Notes: generated from the letters alone by a model not told the origin. DNA of 64,000 nt from Octopus vulgaris (GCA_951406725.2 OX597823.1:82460001-82524000), one strand, 5' to 3'. Shown: positions 28,401 to 43,741, counted from the first letter of the stretch. Program-made: numbers and translations.

Positions 28401-30138
28401 ATATATTTGTGCTCTATTGTTCCACTTATATGTACGTAAGTGATGTATGATTCTTTGATTTTTTATACGTTGATGTATATGCAGATGCTAAACATGTACA
28501 GGTGTATTTATGAACTAATGGATATATAAAGATGCCTTGAGATGCGTAAATATTTATATGAAAATTATTATGTCTGTGTAACTTTGATTTATTCTCTCCC
28601 TAGTATAATCTATTATAAGCTAATCACCCTAATTTATCTGACATAGGGCCTAAAAAAACCCATATTTTGGAGTTAGCTGTAATAATAGAATGTAAAATAA
28701 TACAAACGGAAATATATAAAATGCTAAAATGTTATTGAAATAAAGGAATGTAAAATTTCGTAAGATATAGAGATATACACTGCTTAATTTAGCAAGTATG
28801 TGAGGTTACTATCCTTTCATTCTATCATAAGACTACATAAATACAATTTCAAGAGAAAATATTTGTTCATTTCTTTGTAATGAAACGTGTAATAAAAAAT
28901 TATTTTCAATATATACCATCCATTATAATATAAGAATAGCATAACTGAATGAGACTATCCTAAAATATTGATATATAATGCAGGCGGAAGCGTTCATATT
29001 TTTTCTGTGTGGGTGGTGGGAGGATAGTCAGTTTAGTCGATCCAGTACTTACTCGACTTGTATTTATATCATCAACTCAGAAAATGTAAAATATTATATA
29101 TATATAACGTTTACGAAGTCGAACTCGACTAAACTCTTGATGTAAAATGTTATAAGCAAATGAATGGTAACTTAGTCTAACATTGTCTGTAATAAAATTA
29201 ATAGAAGATTTTTGCAGTGAGGGTATTTTTTTTACACTGGAGAGATGGAATTTGACCCCAGCGGAAGTTCTACACAAATCTATTGTCCCGAATTAAATAC
29301 TGTTAAACATTATAATCACTTAGCTGTTTCCGACATCACTACGTCTGTCGTATATGATTGCAATGAATTTCATAAATGATACATTTTAACTCCTACGACA
29401 CTGATGGCTCTTATTTTTTGATGGTCACACTTTCCCTATTTCCAGGTCATACTACTTGATTTATTGAGTTCGAGCTATCTTTATTATTAGTTTTAAATAT
29501 AAGACGCTTTGGAATAATTTCGGGACTGTGATTTTCCAAAAGAAATATAAATTAAGATAGGAAGTAAAAACTGTCCCAGGACTTTAGCTTAATATATCTT
29601 AGAAAGATAGAATATACACTGGATATCAAATTAATGTTTATATTTACTTTTCAAACACTTTTCAAAAGTTGCCAATAAATCTAAACTAAGATTAACCCCA
29701 TCATTGTCAATAACATTTCAGATATAACAGCATTTTTCTTTTCTAATTTTGGATAATATTATATAATTGTACTTCTCTAATGTAACGAGAAGTACAGTTC
29801 TGAAACAAGTATCCCTTTTTCCTACACTCTAGTTCAACATCTTGTGATATTTTCATTGTGACTGTTGAATACTATACTTATTTTCTTTTTATTCTACTCA
29901 TTGTGAAATCAAACTCTACATTTGGGGAGAGCTGATTTGTATAATAAGCACATTATATAACCATTTTGTGCTTCGCAGTCATGAAAGAGACTATGGCTAC
30001 ATTAAATATTATATTACCATAAATGAGGCTTGGGTTGATTAAGATAAAGCTTCTTGGATGTGGTGGCATTCATACCTTCTCAGTGTTGTATAATCAGACG
30101 ATCTCTACCATGAGCTTACCAATTAAAGTACGACACTC

Positions 30139-30181
<43 letters not shown>

Positions 30182-30182
<1 letters not shown>

Positions 30183-30625
30183 TCTTTCTAATAGAGGCCC
30201 AAGGCCTGAAATTAGTTGGGAGGAGGTTAGTCGATTACATCGACTCCCAATATTTAACTGGTACGTATCTCATTGACGCCGAAAGACTGAAAGGCAAAGT
30301 TCCCCTCGAATCGACAACACTTGAACTCAGAACGTAAAGATGGAATGCCGCTAAGTATTTTGTTCGGCATGTCAGGTCATTGCCTTCTTAATGATAGAAA
30401 TAATAATGGTTTCAAATTTTAGCACAGGATCAGCAGTATATTATAGGAGAAGAATAGTCAACACCGAACCAAGTTGTTGGCTGGTTCTTTATTTTGTTTA
30501 CCCTGAAGCGATAAAAAGTAAAATGGACTTTGGTGTGGTTTGAACTCAGAGTTTAAATACCTGGAAGAAATGCAGCTAAGCATTATATCAGATGCACCAA
30601 AAATTCTGCCAATTCGCTGCCTTGT
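30182..30625 (-). mobile_element. Two degenerate family-C SINE copies in tandem after an (AAT)n tract
   Basis: Share gtcgattacatcgac / actggtac / gaaaggcaaagt / ttgaactcagaacgta with the 47388-47803 element. Confidence 0.7.
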
Positions 30626-31419
30626 TACTTGGATTTGGGGCACAAAACCAAAATATTTGGGGAGAAAGAAGTTACTTGATATCAGCTTCATTAGGTAGCA
30701 GCTTTATTATTTCACTAAGATTGTTTCTTTTTACATAAAACTATTATTCTACTATATTTGTTTGAACTTAAATTGAAAGAAATCCATCCGTTGTTGAAAC
30801 TTAAGCAAAAAACCCATTTAAAATCTACAACATTGTTTAATGAAAAAAATAAGGGATTTTAAGAAAGGGTTACAATGGAAGGAAAGAACCAGGACTAGAC
30901 AGAAGAATTGAACGATAAAAAACAAGGAAATAGAATCTTAGAAATGAGATATTAATTAAGAAGAGAAAGAATTAGGATATGAATGGATTGATTAGGGAAT
31001 GGAGGTTAGTTTTTAACTCTTTCTATTTCGAGAAAAAAATGAGGGAAGAAAGTAGTTTTAGAACCGGGTTTAATGTTCAACTTGTTTAATCACGTATTCC
31101 AACATCTACCGTACTACGTGTAGATAAACTAAATTCAGCAGAAATAGCACGAAAACCCAACAGAAAAAAACACACACCTAGAGCACTACTTCAACTGAAA
31201 AGTTGCACAGATAAAAACAGAATGAGAAATAAAAAGAAACAAAAAAGAAACACGATGACATACTACAATATATTTTTTAGCAACAAGCAAAACACTGCCA
31301 CTGCGTTAAATTTAGAAGTTTCACATCAATATATGTATATATGGGAAACGGCTTCTCTTATGACACATGTACTGAAAACATGACTGTGATGTAGTTTCAT
31401 CTATTTTTATCAAAATTTT

Positions 31420-31447
31420 TTTATTCCGTATTCTTTTATAATTTATT
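31420..31447 (-). promoter_or_regulatory. Candidate polyadenylation signals for the NF220-like transcript
   Basis: Two AATAAA on the minus strand (31442-31447, 31420-31425) about 540 nt after the stop, followed by U-rich sequence. Weak evidence in AT-rich DNA. Confidence 0.3.
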
Positions 31448-31980
31448 TCTAATATTTTTTATTACAGGAATATTTCTATATCACAAAAAACATCAACAAT
31501 TCTAGACCTTCATAGACTCTCTTTCGAGAAATGGTAATATGGCTGTATGTTACTGCCTCTTAAAGGTAGACAGATCTAACGTGATTGGAATACACTTTAC
31601 CGCCACAATTAGAAATATAGAGTGTTGATTTATAGATTTACGTAACATCTGACAGTTTATTTTCATTTATGACTAGTTTATGTTCTACAACGTGGATCAC
31701 CTATGAAAGAGACAGAACTAGAACACAGTCGTATTTTCAATGTAAATATTTGTGTGTGTACCTATACATATAAATATAAATATACATATATATATATTCA
31801 TATATATTAAAGTAGATATATATATATATACACACATACAAATCAGTCATATGAATAATTATTGCTGTTTGCTAGTGCAAAGAAAACGAGGCGAAGTGTA
31901 ATTAAAATTTAGAAACCAATCGGTTAGCTTGACTACTAAAATCTAAGGGGTGCAAGAGCCAGGCAAAACATAAAAAAATC

Positions 31981-34900
31981 TTAGACATGCAAACCAAAAT
32001 CTGTGTTATCTTTTTTATTAAAAACATCGAAAGCAGGATACATGTCCAACAGTTTCAACGTACCACCCACCCCATTTGAACTCGCATCGGTGAAATTCTC
32101 CGATGGCCTTTTCATCTCTGCTCTCCTGATTTCAGCGGTTTCAGCAGTTTTCATCGACTCAGCCATACCATCCGTGCCACTTCTAAATTGCTTAGATGTA
32201 GTTTTGAGCTGTATTGTAATTTCCTTTTGGGGATCTTTAATCATTCTCACCGCCTCACTTTCAGCTTTGTATACTCGCTTTTCTCCTCCCCAATCATAAC
32301 CATTCTGTTGACTCTCAGCATATGAATTATCAGCCTCATCTGTAGCCGAGGTTTCGCTGAATGTCTTATAAACTATTTCGCTTACGCTATCATCGCTCTG
32401 CTTTATAAAATAGCTTTCTGGAGCAGACGATTTGAGCAAAGTATAATTTTCCGTTACTGTATCTTTCGTTGATTTCGATTCAGATACAGAATACATGTGT
32501 TCAGTTTCAAAGCCCGTTTTTAACTGATCAATTCCTGGGGTCGAAGAAGATGTCAACTTATAGGGAAACATTTGTGATGTAGATGTTTCTGGTTGGCCAT
32601 TTTCTTTTTGTACCCACGATGGAAAACTAGCTACTACAGAACTACTGGGAAGTAAACCTTTATCATGGACTACTGTTCTGGTTTGTAAAAAAGTGTCAGT
32701 ATCCATGAAAGTTTCTAAATCTGAAGAATGAAAAGAACGCTGTAACAAAGGGGACTTAACTGTCTCAGAATAGACATGAGACAGCAAAGGTTCACCAGTT
32801 TCTAATGGTACTGTGCAACTTGCGGTCTCTAAAACTAACACTGAAGTAGAATGTTCAGTCTCGTGCTTTTCAGGTATAATAATGGATGAAGCTTTCATAG
32901 AATCATTCAATTTCGAGACTTCAGTAGACTCAGATCGTAACTGGTATTTATTGTATTGAGAATTATCATATGTACTACCCTGATTCGATTCAATCTTAAA
33001 GGTGATACGATCTGAAGCATTGCCAGTTGTTACAGTGGGTTGGGAAATTATATTATCACTTGAGGTTTTTAGTTCAGTCTTATTCGTTGAGTTAAAAGAT
33101 GGAATATATTCAGTGGACGCGGAGGGTGAATGTCTTAAGATGTTGGCTTTATCAGATGAATCAGCAGGCCTAGTTGATATTGAAACTACAGATGAACTAG
33201 TTGTTACGTATTGTGATTGACTAGACGTGACTGGAAACACTTTCTTCCCTGAAGTAGAAAACGAGGTAACTTTCAAGGATTCAGTGTTACTATAAGACCT
33301 AGGGGAGGCATCTTTGTCAGATATTAGTGACGTATAGTGTTTATCATGAGATAACTTTTCATGAAGTGATGAAGTTGCAGTTTTACTGTATTCCTCATCT
33401 TCTACAGAAGATTTGAGAGAATTGGCAGAAGCTGGTGATTGATATTTAATTTGATCTCCTGCCTCAACAGACGAATGACTTTCAGATAAAGTAGAAGTAC
33501 ATCTCCCAGATGCAGGTAAGCTTACACTTGTAGACTTTCCCTGCTTTAAATCTACTAGAGATTCAGACAAATATACAGGAGATAAAGCTGGTTGGGATGG
33601 AGAAGAATACCTTACTGAAAGTACAGGAGATTTTGCAGAATTAATGGGTGACTTTACCTTTTGCGAATTTTCCAAAATGTTTGGGGAGATAACTGGTTCA
33701 GATTTTACAAAGGACTTGTCCTTCAGATAGTCTGCATCCTCAGATTGAATAGGTGATGTTGCTTTCTTAGATGACTGTTTTTTATCCGATATAACTTTTT
33801 CAGGGCTAGAAGGTGATTTAGCAGGTTTGGTTATCACAGTGGATTTAGCTTTTTCTGAGGGAGAAGTGGGTAACACTGAGTCAGAGGGTGCAGTTGGTAC
33901 AGACTTGGTTTTCTCATATATCACAGAGGACTTTAAAGATTCAGAAGTAATTGAAGATTTGTGTTTTTCAGAGGCCACAGGTGAAAGAGATCGATCCGAT
34001 TTATCGGTTATACATTGTCCAGACAATACAGGAGACAAATGTTCTGAGTCAGATTTAACAGGGGAGTGGGGAGACGTAGCTATCACAGATGATTTAAGGG
34101 TTTCAGATTCTGACTTTTCAGAAGGTTCAGGCGAAAGCCTTTGTTTCGATTGCATTGACTCTGTCTCCAGTGTGTGTGAAGAGGTTTTGAGGGATTTAGA
34201 AGATTTTGAAGAGACTGAGGTTTTTGACTTCTCAGATTCTGCTTTTTCTGAGGGCACATGTGATGAAGGCGATTTTGCGGCTGGTGACTGAACTGGAGAT
34301 TTTGACTTAACAGATTCTGCTTTTTCAGAGGGTACGGGGGATTGTGGGGATTTTGCAGGTTCTGAGGTGACAGGAGATTTTGACTTTTCAGATTCTGCTT
34401 TTTCTGAGGGTACAGGGGATTTTGCAGGTTCTGATGTCACAGGAGATTTTGACTTTTCAGATACTGCTTTTTCTGAGGGAACAGGGGATGTTGCAGGAGA
34501 TTTTGACTTTTCAGATTCTGCTTTTTCTGAAGGGGCAGGAGATACAGGGGTCTTCGCAGGCTCTGACGTTACAGGTGACTTTGATTTTTCAGATTCTGCT
34601 TTTTCTGGGGGGATAGGAGACTTTGGGGATTTTGCAGGTTCTGAGGTAACGGGGGATTTTGATTTTTCTGAGGTTACAGGGGATTTTGCAGGTTCTGATG
34701 TGACAGGAGATTGTGACTTTTCAGATTCTGCTTTTTCCGAGGGAACAGGGGATTTCGCAGGCTCTGAGGTGACAGGAGATTTTGACTTTTCAGATTCTGC
34801 CTTTTCTGAGGGTACAGGGGATTTCGCAGGTTCTGATGTGACAGGAGATTTTGACTTTTCAGATTCTGCTTTTTCTGAAGATACAGGGGATTTTGTAGGT

Positions 34901-37900
34901 CCTGAGGTAACAGGGGATTTCGACTTCTCAGATTCTGCTTTCTCTGAAGTTACAGGGGATTTTGCAGGTTCTGATGTGACAGGGGATTTTGACTTTTCAG
35001 ATTCTGCCTTTTCAGAGGGTACGGGGGATTTTGCAGGTTCTGATGTCACAGGAGATTTTACTTTTCAGATTCTGCTTTTTCTGAGGGAACAGGGGATTTC
35101 GCAGGTTCTGATGTCACAGGAGATTTTGACTTCCAGATTCTGCTTTTTCTGAGGGTACAGGGGATTTCTGCAGGTTCTGATGTACAGGTTCTGATTCTGC
35201 TTTTTCTGAGGGTACAGGAGAGGTTTGATGTGACACTTTTGACTTCACAGATTCTGCTTTTTCTGAGGGTACAGGGGATTTCGCAGGTTCTGATGTGACA
35301 GGAGATTTTGACTTTTCAGATTCTGCTTTTTCTGAGGGTACAGGGGATTTTGCAGGTTCTGATGTGACAGGGATTTTGACTTTTCAGATTCTGCTTTTTC
35401 TGAGGGAACAGGGGATTTCGCAGGTTCTGATGTGACAGGAGATTTTGACTTTTCAGATTCTGCTTTTTCTGAGGGAACAGGAGATTTTGCAGGTTCTGAT
35501 GTGACAGGAGATTTTGACTTCACAGATTCTGCTTTTTCTGAGGGTACTGGGGATTTTGCAGGTTCTGATGTGACAGGAGATTTTGACTTTTCAGATTCTG
35601 CTTTTTCTGAGGGAACAGGGGATTTTGCAGGTTCTGATGTGACAGGGGATTTTGACTTTTCAGATTCTGCTTTTTCTGAGGGAACAGGGGATTTCGCAGG
35701 TTCTGATGTCACAGGAGATTTTGATTTCACAGATTCTGCTTTTTCTGAGGGTACAGGGGATTTCGCAGGTTCTGATGTGACAGGAGATTTTGACTTTTCA
35801 GATTCTGCTTTTTCTGAGGGTACAGGGGATTTCGCAGGTTCTGAGGTCATAGGTGATTTTGACTTTTCAGATTCTGCTTTTTCTGAGGGAACAGGGGATT
35901 TTGCAGGTTCTGATGTGACAGGGTTTGTTTTCATTTTGACTTTTCAGATTCTGCTTTTTCTGAGGGAACAGGGGATTTTGCAGGTTCTGATGTCACAGGA
36001 GATTTTGACTTTTCAGATTCTGCTTTTTCTGAGGGCACAGGGGATTTTGCAGGTTCTGATGTCACAGGAGATTTTGACTTTTCAGATTCTGCTTTTTCTG
36101 AGGGTACAGGGGATTTTGCAGGTTCTGATGTGACAGGTGATTTTGACTTTTCAGATTCTGCTTTTTCTGAGGGCACAGGGGATTTCGCAGGTTCTGATGT
36201 CACAGGAGATTTTGACTTTTCAGATTCTGCTTTTTCTGAGGGTACAGGGGATTTCGCAGGTTCTGATGTCACAGGAGATTTTGATTTCTCAGATTCTGCT
36301 TTTTCTGAGGGTACTGGGGATTTTGCAGGTTCTGATGTGACAGGAGATTTTGACTTTTCAGATTCTGCTTTTTCTGAGGGTACAGGGGATTTTGCAGGTT
36401 CTGATGTGACAGGAGATTTTGACTTTTCAGATTCTGCTTTTTCTGAGGGCACAGGGGATTTTGCAGGTTCTGATGTGACAGGAGATTTTGACTTTTCAGA
36501 TTCTGCTTTTTCTGAGGGTACTGGGGATTTCGCAGGCTCTGATGTGACAGGTGATTTTGATTTTTCAGATTCTGCTTTTTCTGAGGGTACAGGGGATTTC
36601 GCAGGTTCTGATGTGACAGGTGATTTTGATTTCACAGATTCTGCTTTTTCTGAGGGTACAGGGGATTTCGCAGGTTCTGATGTCACAGGAGATTGTGACT
36701 TTTCAGATTCTGCTTTTTCTGAGGGTACAGGGGATTTTGCAGGTTCTGATGTCACAGGAGATTTTCCTTTTCAGATTCTGCTTTTCGATGAGGGTACAGG
36801 GGATTTTGCAGGTTCTGATGTGACAGGAGATTTTGCTGTTGTTTCAGCTGTAGATTTTTCTGTTTCTACTTTTTCTGACTTTACTGTTGTTACAGGGGAT
36901 TTGCAGGTTCTGATGTGACAGGAGATTTTGACTTTTCAGATTCTGCTTTTTCGGAAGGCGAAGGCGATTGAGCTTGACTAGATTTCACTGAATCTCTGAT
37001 GATACAGGAGATTTTGGCGATACACTACTTTCTTTGTTTCAGCTGTAGATTTTGACTTTACTGTTGTTACGGTACGGACTGTCTGATAAGGATTTTTTCG
37101 TATACTTCATCAGGCGATGGTGAGTGCTCTGATGGGGTAGAGGGCTTAGTGGTTAGATCTTCATCGTGTACGCTAGGTGATTTAGGTTTTTCAGATTGCA
37201 CGGGTGACTTTTCGGATTTAGGTGATTCTGATTTATGGGGAGATGTAACTGGTTCAGACTTTTCAGATTCAGATTTAACAGAAATAGTTGGGGATTTAGG
37301 TGCTTCAGATACTACGGGAGATTTAGCGGTAGGAGTGCGTGCATCATCTGCAGGGATGGGTGACTTTGCATGTTCAGATAAAATTGGGGAAGTTACCTTT
37401 TTAGATTCTGTTTTCGAAGGCGAGAGAGATTCAGCAACAGATGCTTCAGATCCTGTAGGTGATTTACTTGACTTCAATGGTTTTTCTTTTTCTGGGGACC
37501 CGGCAGATTTTACAGATTTCTCTGATTCAGCGTTATCGCTGACCTCATCCTCTGCTGGTGAAACACATTTTTCAGATGCTGCTTTCAATGTTTCAGATTT
37601 ATCAAGACCGTCAGCGACTGACTTTTCGTGTTCTGATGGTGTTGAAGCCTTTTCAGATTCGGCCCTTTCGGATTCGGCTTTTTCAGATTCAGCTGGAGTT
37701 GTTGCTTTTTCAGATTCGGCCCTTTCCGACTCAGCTTTTTCAGACTCGGCTTTTTCCGATTCAGCTTTTTCAGACTCGGCTTTTTCCGATTCAGCTTTTT
37801 CAGACTCGGCTTTTTCCGATTCAGCTTTCTCAGACTCGGCTTTCTCCGATTCAGCTTTTTCAGACTCGGCTTTCTCCGATTCAGCTTTCTCAGACTCGGC

Positions 37901-38524
37901 TTTTTCCGATTCAGCTTTCTCAGACTCGGCTTTTTCCGATTCAGCTTTTTCAGACTCGGCTTTTTCCGATTCAGCTTTCTCAGACTCGGCTTTTCCGATT
38001 CTGCCTTCTCTGATTCTGCTTGAACAGATTCTGTTCTCTCTGATTCTGCTTTTTCTGATTCTTCACTAGTCGTTACGACTGTTTTCACAGATTTTACTGT
38101 TCGAACTGTCTCTACAGTGATGATATCCTCTTCAGCTTCCGAAGCTACGTTTTCGACGTCTTCATCAGGCGATTGAGTTTTCTCAGCTGTCACGTCTCTG
38201 TAGTCTGTTTTTAATATGAACTCTTCTTTCACTTCATCTAGACCTGTTCCGGTATCAGCATCTGAATCAGCTTTAGTTTCTTCGGCCTCAGCTTCTGTGT
38301 GTGTGTCGGAATCACTGTCTTTCCCTTCATCATCTGCTTCTTCTCCAGTCTGGTGGTAGCTTTCTGTTAGAGAACTATGCTCCATTACGATTTTCTCTGG
38401 TGAGATCGCTTTTCTTTGCATTGCTCTTGCACTATGGCTCGTCGTTCGAACTTCTCTTTTAATCAAGTCTGGTGTGTAGGGTTCTCGGCTTCGGTAAGTC
38501 ATTGGAGGCTGTACTAACTCGATC
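31981..38524 (-). CDS. NF220-like giant terminal tail exon (~6.5 kb): acidic segment, AESEK and KSP repeats, S/T-rich C-terminus; broken by several indels
   Basis: Acceptor tctccctcctgcag|G completes AG|G (Arg) and continues IELVQPPMTYRSREPY in frame with ORF 37585..38502. Five successive minus-strand ORFs share the same repeat peptide. Stop TAA at 31981-31983. Confidence 0.88.
34290..36960 (-). repeat. Coding minisatellite, 69-nt unit (KSPVTSEPAKSPVPSEKAESEKS), roughly 35-38 copies
   Basis: Unit ggttctgatgtgacaggagattttgacttttcagattctgctttttctgagggtacaggggattttgca is visible in tandem; copy number estimated from span divided by 69. Confidence 0.95.
37650..38060 (-). repeat. Coding minisatellite, 15-nt unit (AESEK) with a 30-nt higher-order dimer
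   Basis: (cagactcggctttttccgattcagcttttt)n across about 37730-37995, with degenerate flanks. Confidence 0.93.
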
Positions 38525-38964
38525 CTGCAGGAGGGAGATAAATAACTTTGTCCACCCAGGAAACTACCCCAAGAAGTAGATACAATAACGTAGGAGTAAT
38601 TTTAAAAGATGTTTCCTATGTTTCCGTCCAGTGAATTTTTTCTAAGGAAATTTCCTGTATACCAATATATCCTTATCTCATCATTATACGTGTTATTGAA
38701 AACAGATGCCAAAAAAAAGTATTACTAGAAAAGTATGAAAATGAACCTCCATCTCCATTATTCTCGTGTATCTATACAGATAGTATGCATACAATATATG
38801 TGAAATCCGTTCTAATGTGTCGAAATGAAACAATGTAATATAAAATATGAGTTGATATTGAAGTAACGAGTATAATGATTGTATATACTAATATATATAT
38901 ATATATATATTTATATACACCAACCAACACATCAGGGGGTCCGAAGCGTATCTATCACTCATAC

Positions 38965-39012
<48 letters not shown>

Positions 39013-40155
39013 GTGATCAAATAGACCTCAATGGGTCTGATGATGTTCTGCGTCGGCCAGATTTATATTACGTAGTAAAATCGACGCATAAAGTGCAGTA
39101 AACTAGTTGTGTTTGCCACACACAGGCACACACATGTATATATATGTATACATATATACATATAACACTTATATGTATATATATGTATACTTATATATAC
39201 ACATAAACACATATGTATATATAGATAGATATAAATATATATATATATAATATGCATGTATATGCATACATATGCATATATATATACGTGCGTATATGAG
39301 TATGCATTTATACACGTATAAACTTTTGTCGCTTTATAATAAAGAAAGCTGTATTTCAATCAGCCAGCCTATCAGTACAAATGTAGTGAATACATTGTAG
39401 ATATATGCTGGACCTTCGTTGATAAAATTGCAGGTTCAGCAATCGTCCAACGCGCAACGAGACATAAAAGCAGATCTGTCATGTCAACAACGTTGATATT
39501 CGTTTTTCGGGCTTTGGTATACCATATGGTATGTATTTTATGCGCATAATTACGCATACAAAGCACCGATTGTAACCTGCGTATCTACATTAAAAACGTT
39601 CCTTTTATTTGAAAAAGAAACAACCGGACCGATGTCTTTAATAATCTGTTATGGACACCATGAAAATGATGGATCAAAATACTGAAAACATAGGGCTAAA
39701 GTAGGATACACCTATTATTAATTAAAATTTTATATCAGCAACTGTTTCCCTAAGTATGTTTTAATGCCCTCCTCCAAGCACACTCACTCACAAACAGCTT
39801 CCTCATACAAGCAAGCATATCAATTTGATGTCTTAGTCTTAACGGAAATATTTGCACTCATAATTAGATTCACAGTTGGAGATAATTTATGAATGTTTAC
39901 ACATTTCAATTTTATCATAAATTGATCTCTTGAATTTTAGAAAGAAATTTTATAATAATCCCCTAGATTTCATATAATGATAACTCTGCCCATCTACTAA
40001 CATAGGTAAGCTAAAGAAATCCAAGGAAATCTATTCCTTTATATTTCTGCTGATGAAAATTAGTTAAATATGAGCAATCATCTATATTAAATTGTGTTTA
40101 TTTCTGTGAATTCGCATGATATGATGTGATATAAATATAAATACAATTATATACA

Positions 40156-40156
<1 letters not shown>

Positions 40157-40205
<49 letters not shown>

Positions 40206-40260
40206 GTTTGTATATCTATCTAACTTATATCATGCATACATACATGCACATATATATATG

Positions 40261-40339
<79 letters not shown>

Positions 40340-40586
40340 GTGTGTGTGTGTGTGTATCCAATTACAATGGGACCGAAAAAGGAATGAGAGAGAGAGGGGA
40401 AGAGAAAGGTTGGGGAAAATAAGGGGATGAAAATATGCACTTTTAATTATCAATAATCATCATTTGCAATTAATATTTAATATCCTTCGATTTTGCTATC
40501 TGAATTGATTATATATCTGCTTAATTTGACTTATCCGCAAATAATAATAATAATAATAATAATACTACTACTACTACTACTACTAC

Positions 40587-40646
<60 letters not shown>

Positions 40647-40650
40647 TAAT
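40157..40650. repeat. (TA)n, (TG)n and (AAT)n/(ACT)n tracts
   Basis: Directly visible. Confidence 0.9.
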
Positions 40651-42039
40651 AAGATTAGATACACTGGTTTCGAGAATAATGGAAGGTAAGTTCTTTTGTT
40701 ATTTGAAGTTAATTAGTATATCAGTTTACAAAAACTAGTTTAATTTAAATTTTAAAACGTTATCTGATTTGTTGATTTGTGTATATTAAGTATTTTGAGT
40801 TGGATAAAGATATATTGGTTTCAGTTTGACAAAAGGTTGAGGTGGAATCATCGAAACTGGACCAAACCAATAAACAATCATTGAATATCTCACGGACACC
40901 AATGCCAGCTGCCGGCGTCACATATTACTATGGTTTCAAAAACAGAGACAATATCGGGATTCTATTGTGTTTGACATAACATCAGGAGAGTTATCTAGGG
41001 AAATTACCGTTAAATTTGCTTTTCATAAAACGTTAGAAGTTTTAAAATAGGGTTCAGTAAAGAAGGAAAACATTAATCTTATGAAACGACGGAAGCAATC
41101 ACTAAACCAAATCTAAAGAGTATTTTGTTTTTTTACATATGCACTTTAGAGCTTTCTTGTACAAAATTATCCAGAACTAAGGTTCATCGGTTCTTAAAAA
41201 ACTTTTCAATTAATCTAGTTGTTTCAATACCTAAACACAGAATTTTTTGATCGGTGATACCGTACAAAAATGTTAACTTTTTAACATTCATTCTAGCAAT
41301 AAGCATATTATGAGATATCATTGGCTTAATGTTTAATGTATTTCACTTGTAGCTTTCTATAAAATACATACCAATAAAACCATAGAGAGTAACGAGAAAA
41401 GTAATCCAGAAACAATATTTTCTATTAAATTAACCTATCTTCGTAGGAATTGATTAGCATTCGCAGTAAATGCTTATTAATAATTTTGTCCACCTGATTA
41501 CAAATTTGGAAAGTTGGAACAGTGGACTCAATCTTACTGCTATTTGTTGTATGGATGCCAGAAGAAAAAGGCAGAGTTGTTACTGAATACAACAAAACGT
41601 TGTATGTCGTTTTCTCTTTCTCTCTTTCGTTTTCAACAATCCTTATATTCTTAATATTGCTTTCCTTTTGATGAAGAAAAACTTCCTATTTAGATCTACT
41701 GTATTTTCGGCTTTCCTTTCTCCCTCTTTTATCCAACAGGTGTGGTAAAATTATTAAAATTATCTATGTGAAGGTATAATTAGTCTATAATTTCATCGAA
41801 CAAAATTTCGCTATCGGATAGATTGTTAAAATGACTTAGTTAGCAAACTAATGATATTTCAACATGCAAATACAAAAATACTATTAACGATGACAAAACA
41901 CTGAAGCGAGCATTTTTCAAAGCTATATCAATGAGAAGGGTCAAGTTCATACACCTTGGATTGTGACCAACAGGTGGCGTGTTATAAATTCTAGCAATTT
42001 ATTATCTGTGAATTTTAATCCTATTAAATATGATATTTG

Positions 42040-42785
<746 letters not shown>

Positions 42786-43631
42786 ATGCAATTGAGGAAC
42801 ACTGAAGCTAGTTGTCAGTTAAATGTGAATATATGAGACCATCTTCTTATTCTTATACTTTAAAATCCTGGTATGTAGCACACTATGTTTTTTATGGCAA
42901 GTTATTAGGTTTACAGAGAATTTAAAGCTGCTTTTGGTTATGCAGTTTAAATGGTAAGATAATAAATAAGATAACTAAATTAGAGTGGGATGTGAGGGTA
43001 ATTTTGCATGAAAATATAAGACTAAGACTGACATAAAAAATTGTGGTATACTTTTTACAAAAAACAAAAAACAACATAAAATATATGTGTATATCGCCTA
43101 ATTAATTGTTCATCATATTTTGGAGTTGCTTTTAGGAAGGGAACACTAAAGAGAAAAAAAAAATACAAACAATGGAAGAAAGGAAAATAAGAAGTCTGAA
43201 TCAAGGCTTAAACATTATGATTCGTATTTGCTACTCATTGAAAGCCGATAGTAATGATAACACTAATATATATTGTTATTTGTTAATAATATTAACCGAT
43301 AGCTATTGAACTACTAATAATAGCTATTGTCTTAAACATCTTATAAAGTCATGATATTAATAATAATAATAATAATGGAGCACCGATCAAAGAACTCAAA
43401 GTTTATATATATGTATACATTGCATTTTATTATCTAGCTACAGTAAATTGCAGATTAACTATTGTCAACGTCTTACATTATTTTATTAATACTAACTATA
43501 TTATTACTAACCCTAATTTTAGTTTACCAGTTATTTAAGTTCAGGCATTCTTGTTGGTCAAGAAAGAGCTAAATAATGCATATTTAATTTTCTATACAAT
43601 GAAGAAAGTAGAAGTATACTGCAGCGTACAT

Positions 43632-43684
<53 letters not shown>

Positions 43685-43691
43685 CTATCTA

Positions 43692-43741
<50 letters not shown>

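Noticed and set aside
34290-36960. CRISPR-like regular repeat
   Set aside because: No unique spacers; it is a coding minisatellite in a eukaryotic exon.
37585-37990. Basic KPSLRKLNRK repeat in the ORF track
   Set aside because: Out-of-frame reading of the AESEK repeat after a 1-nt deletion at about 37991.
32003-38069. Plus-strand ORFs (GDFDFSDSAFSE..., FQILLFLR...)
   Set aside because: Antisense shadows of the repeat-rich minus-strand exon; no independent splice or start context.
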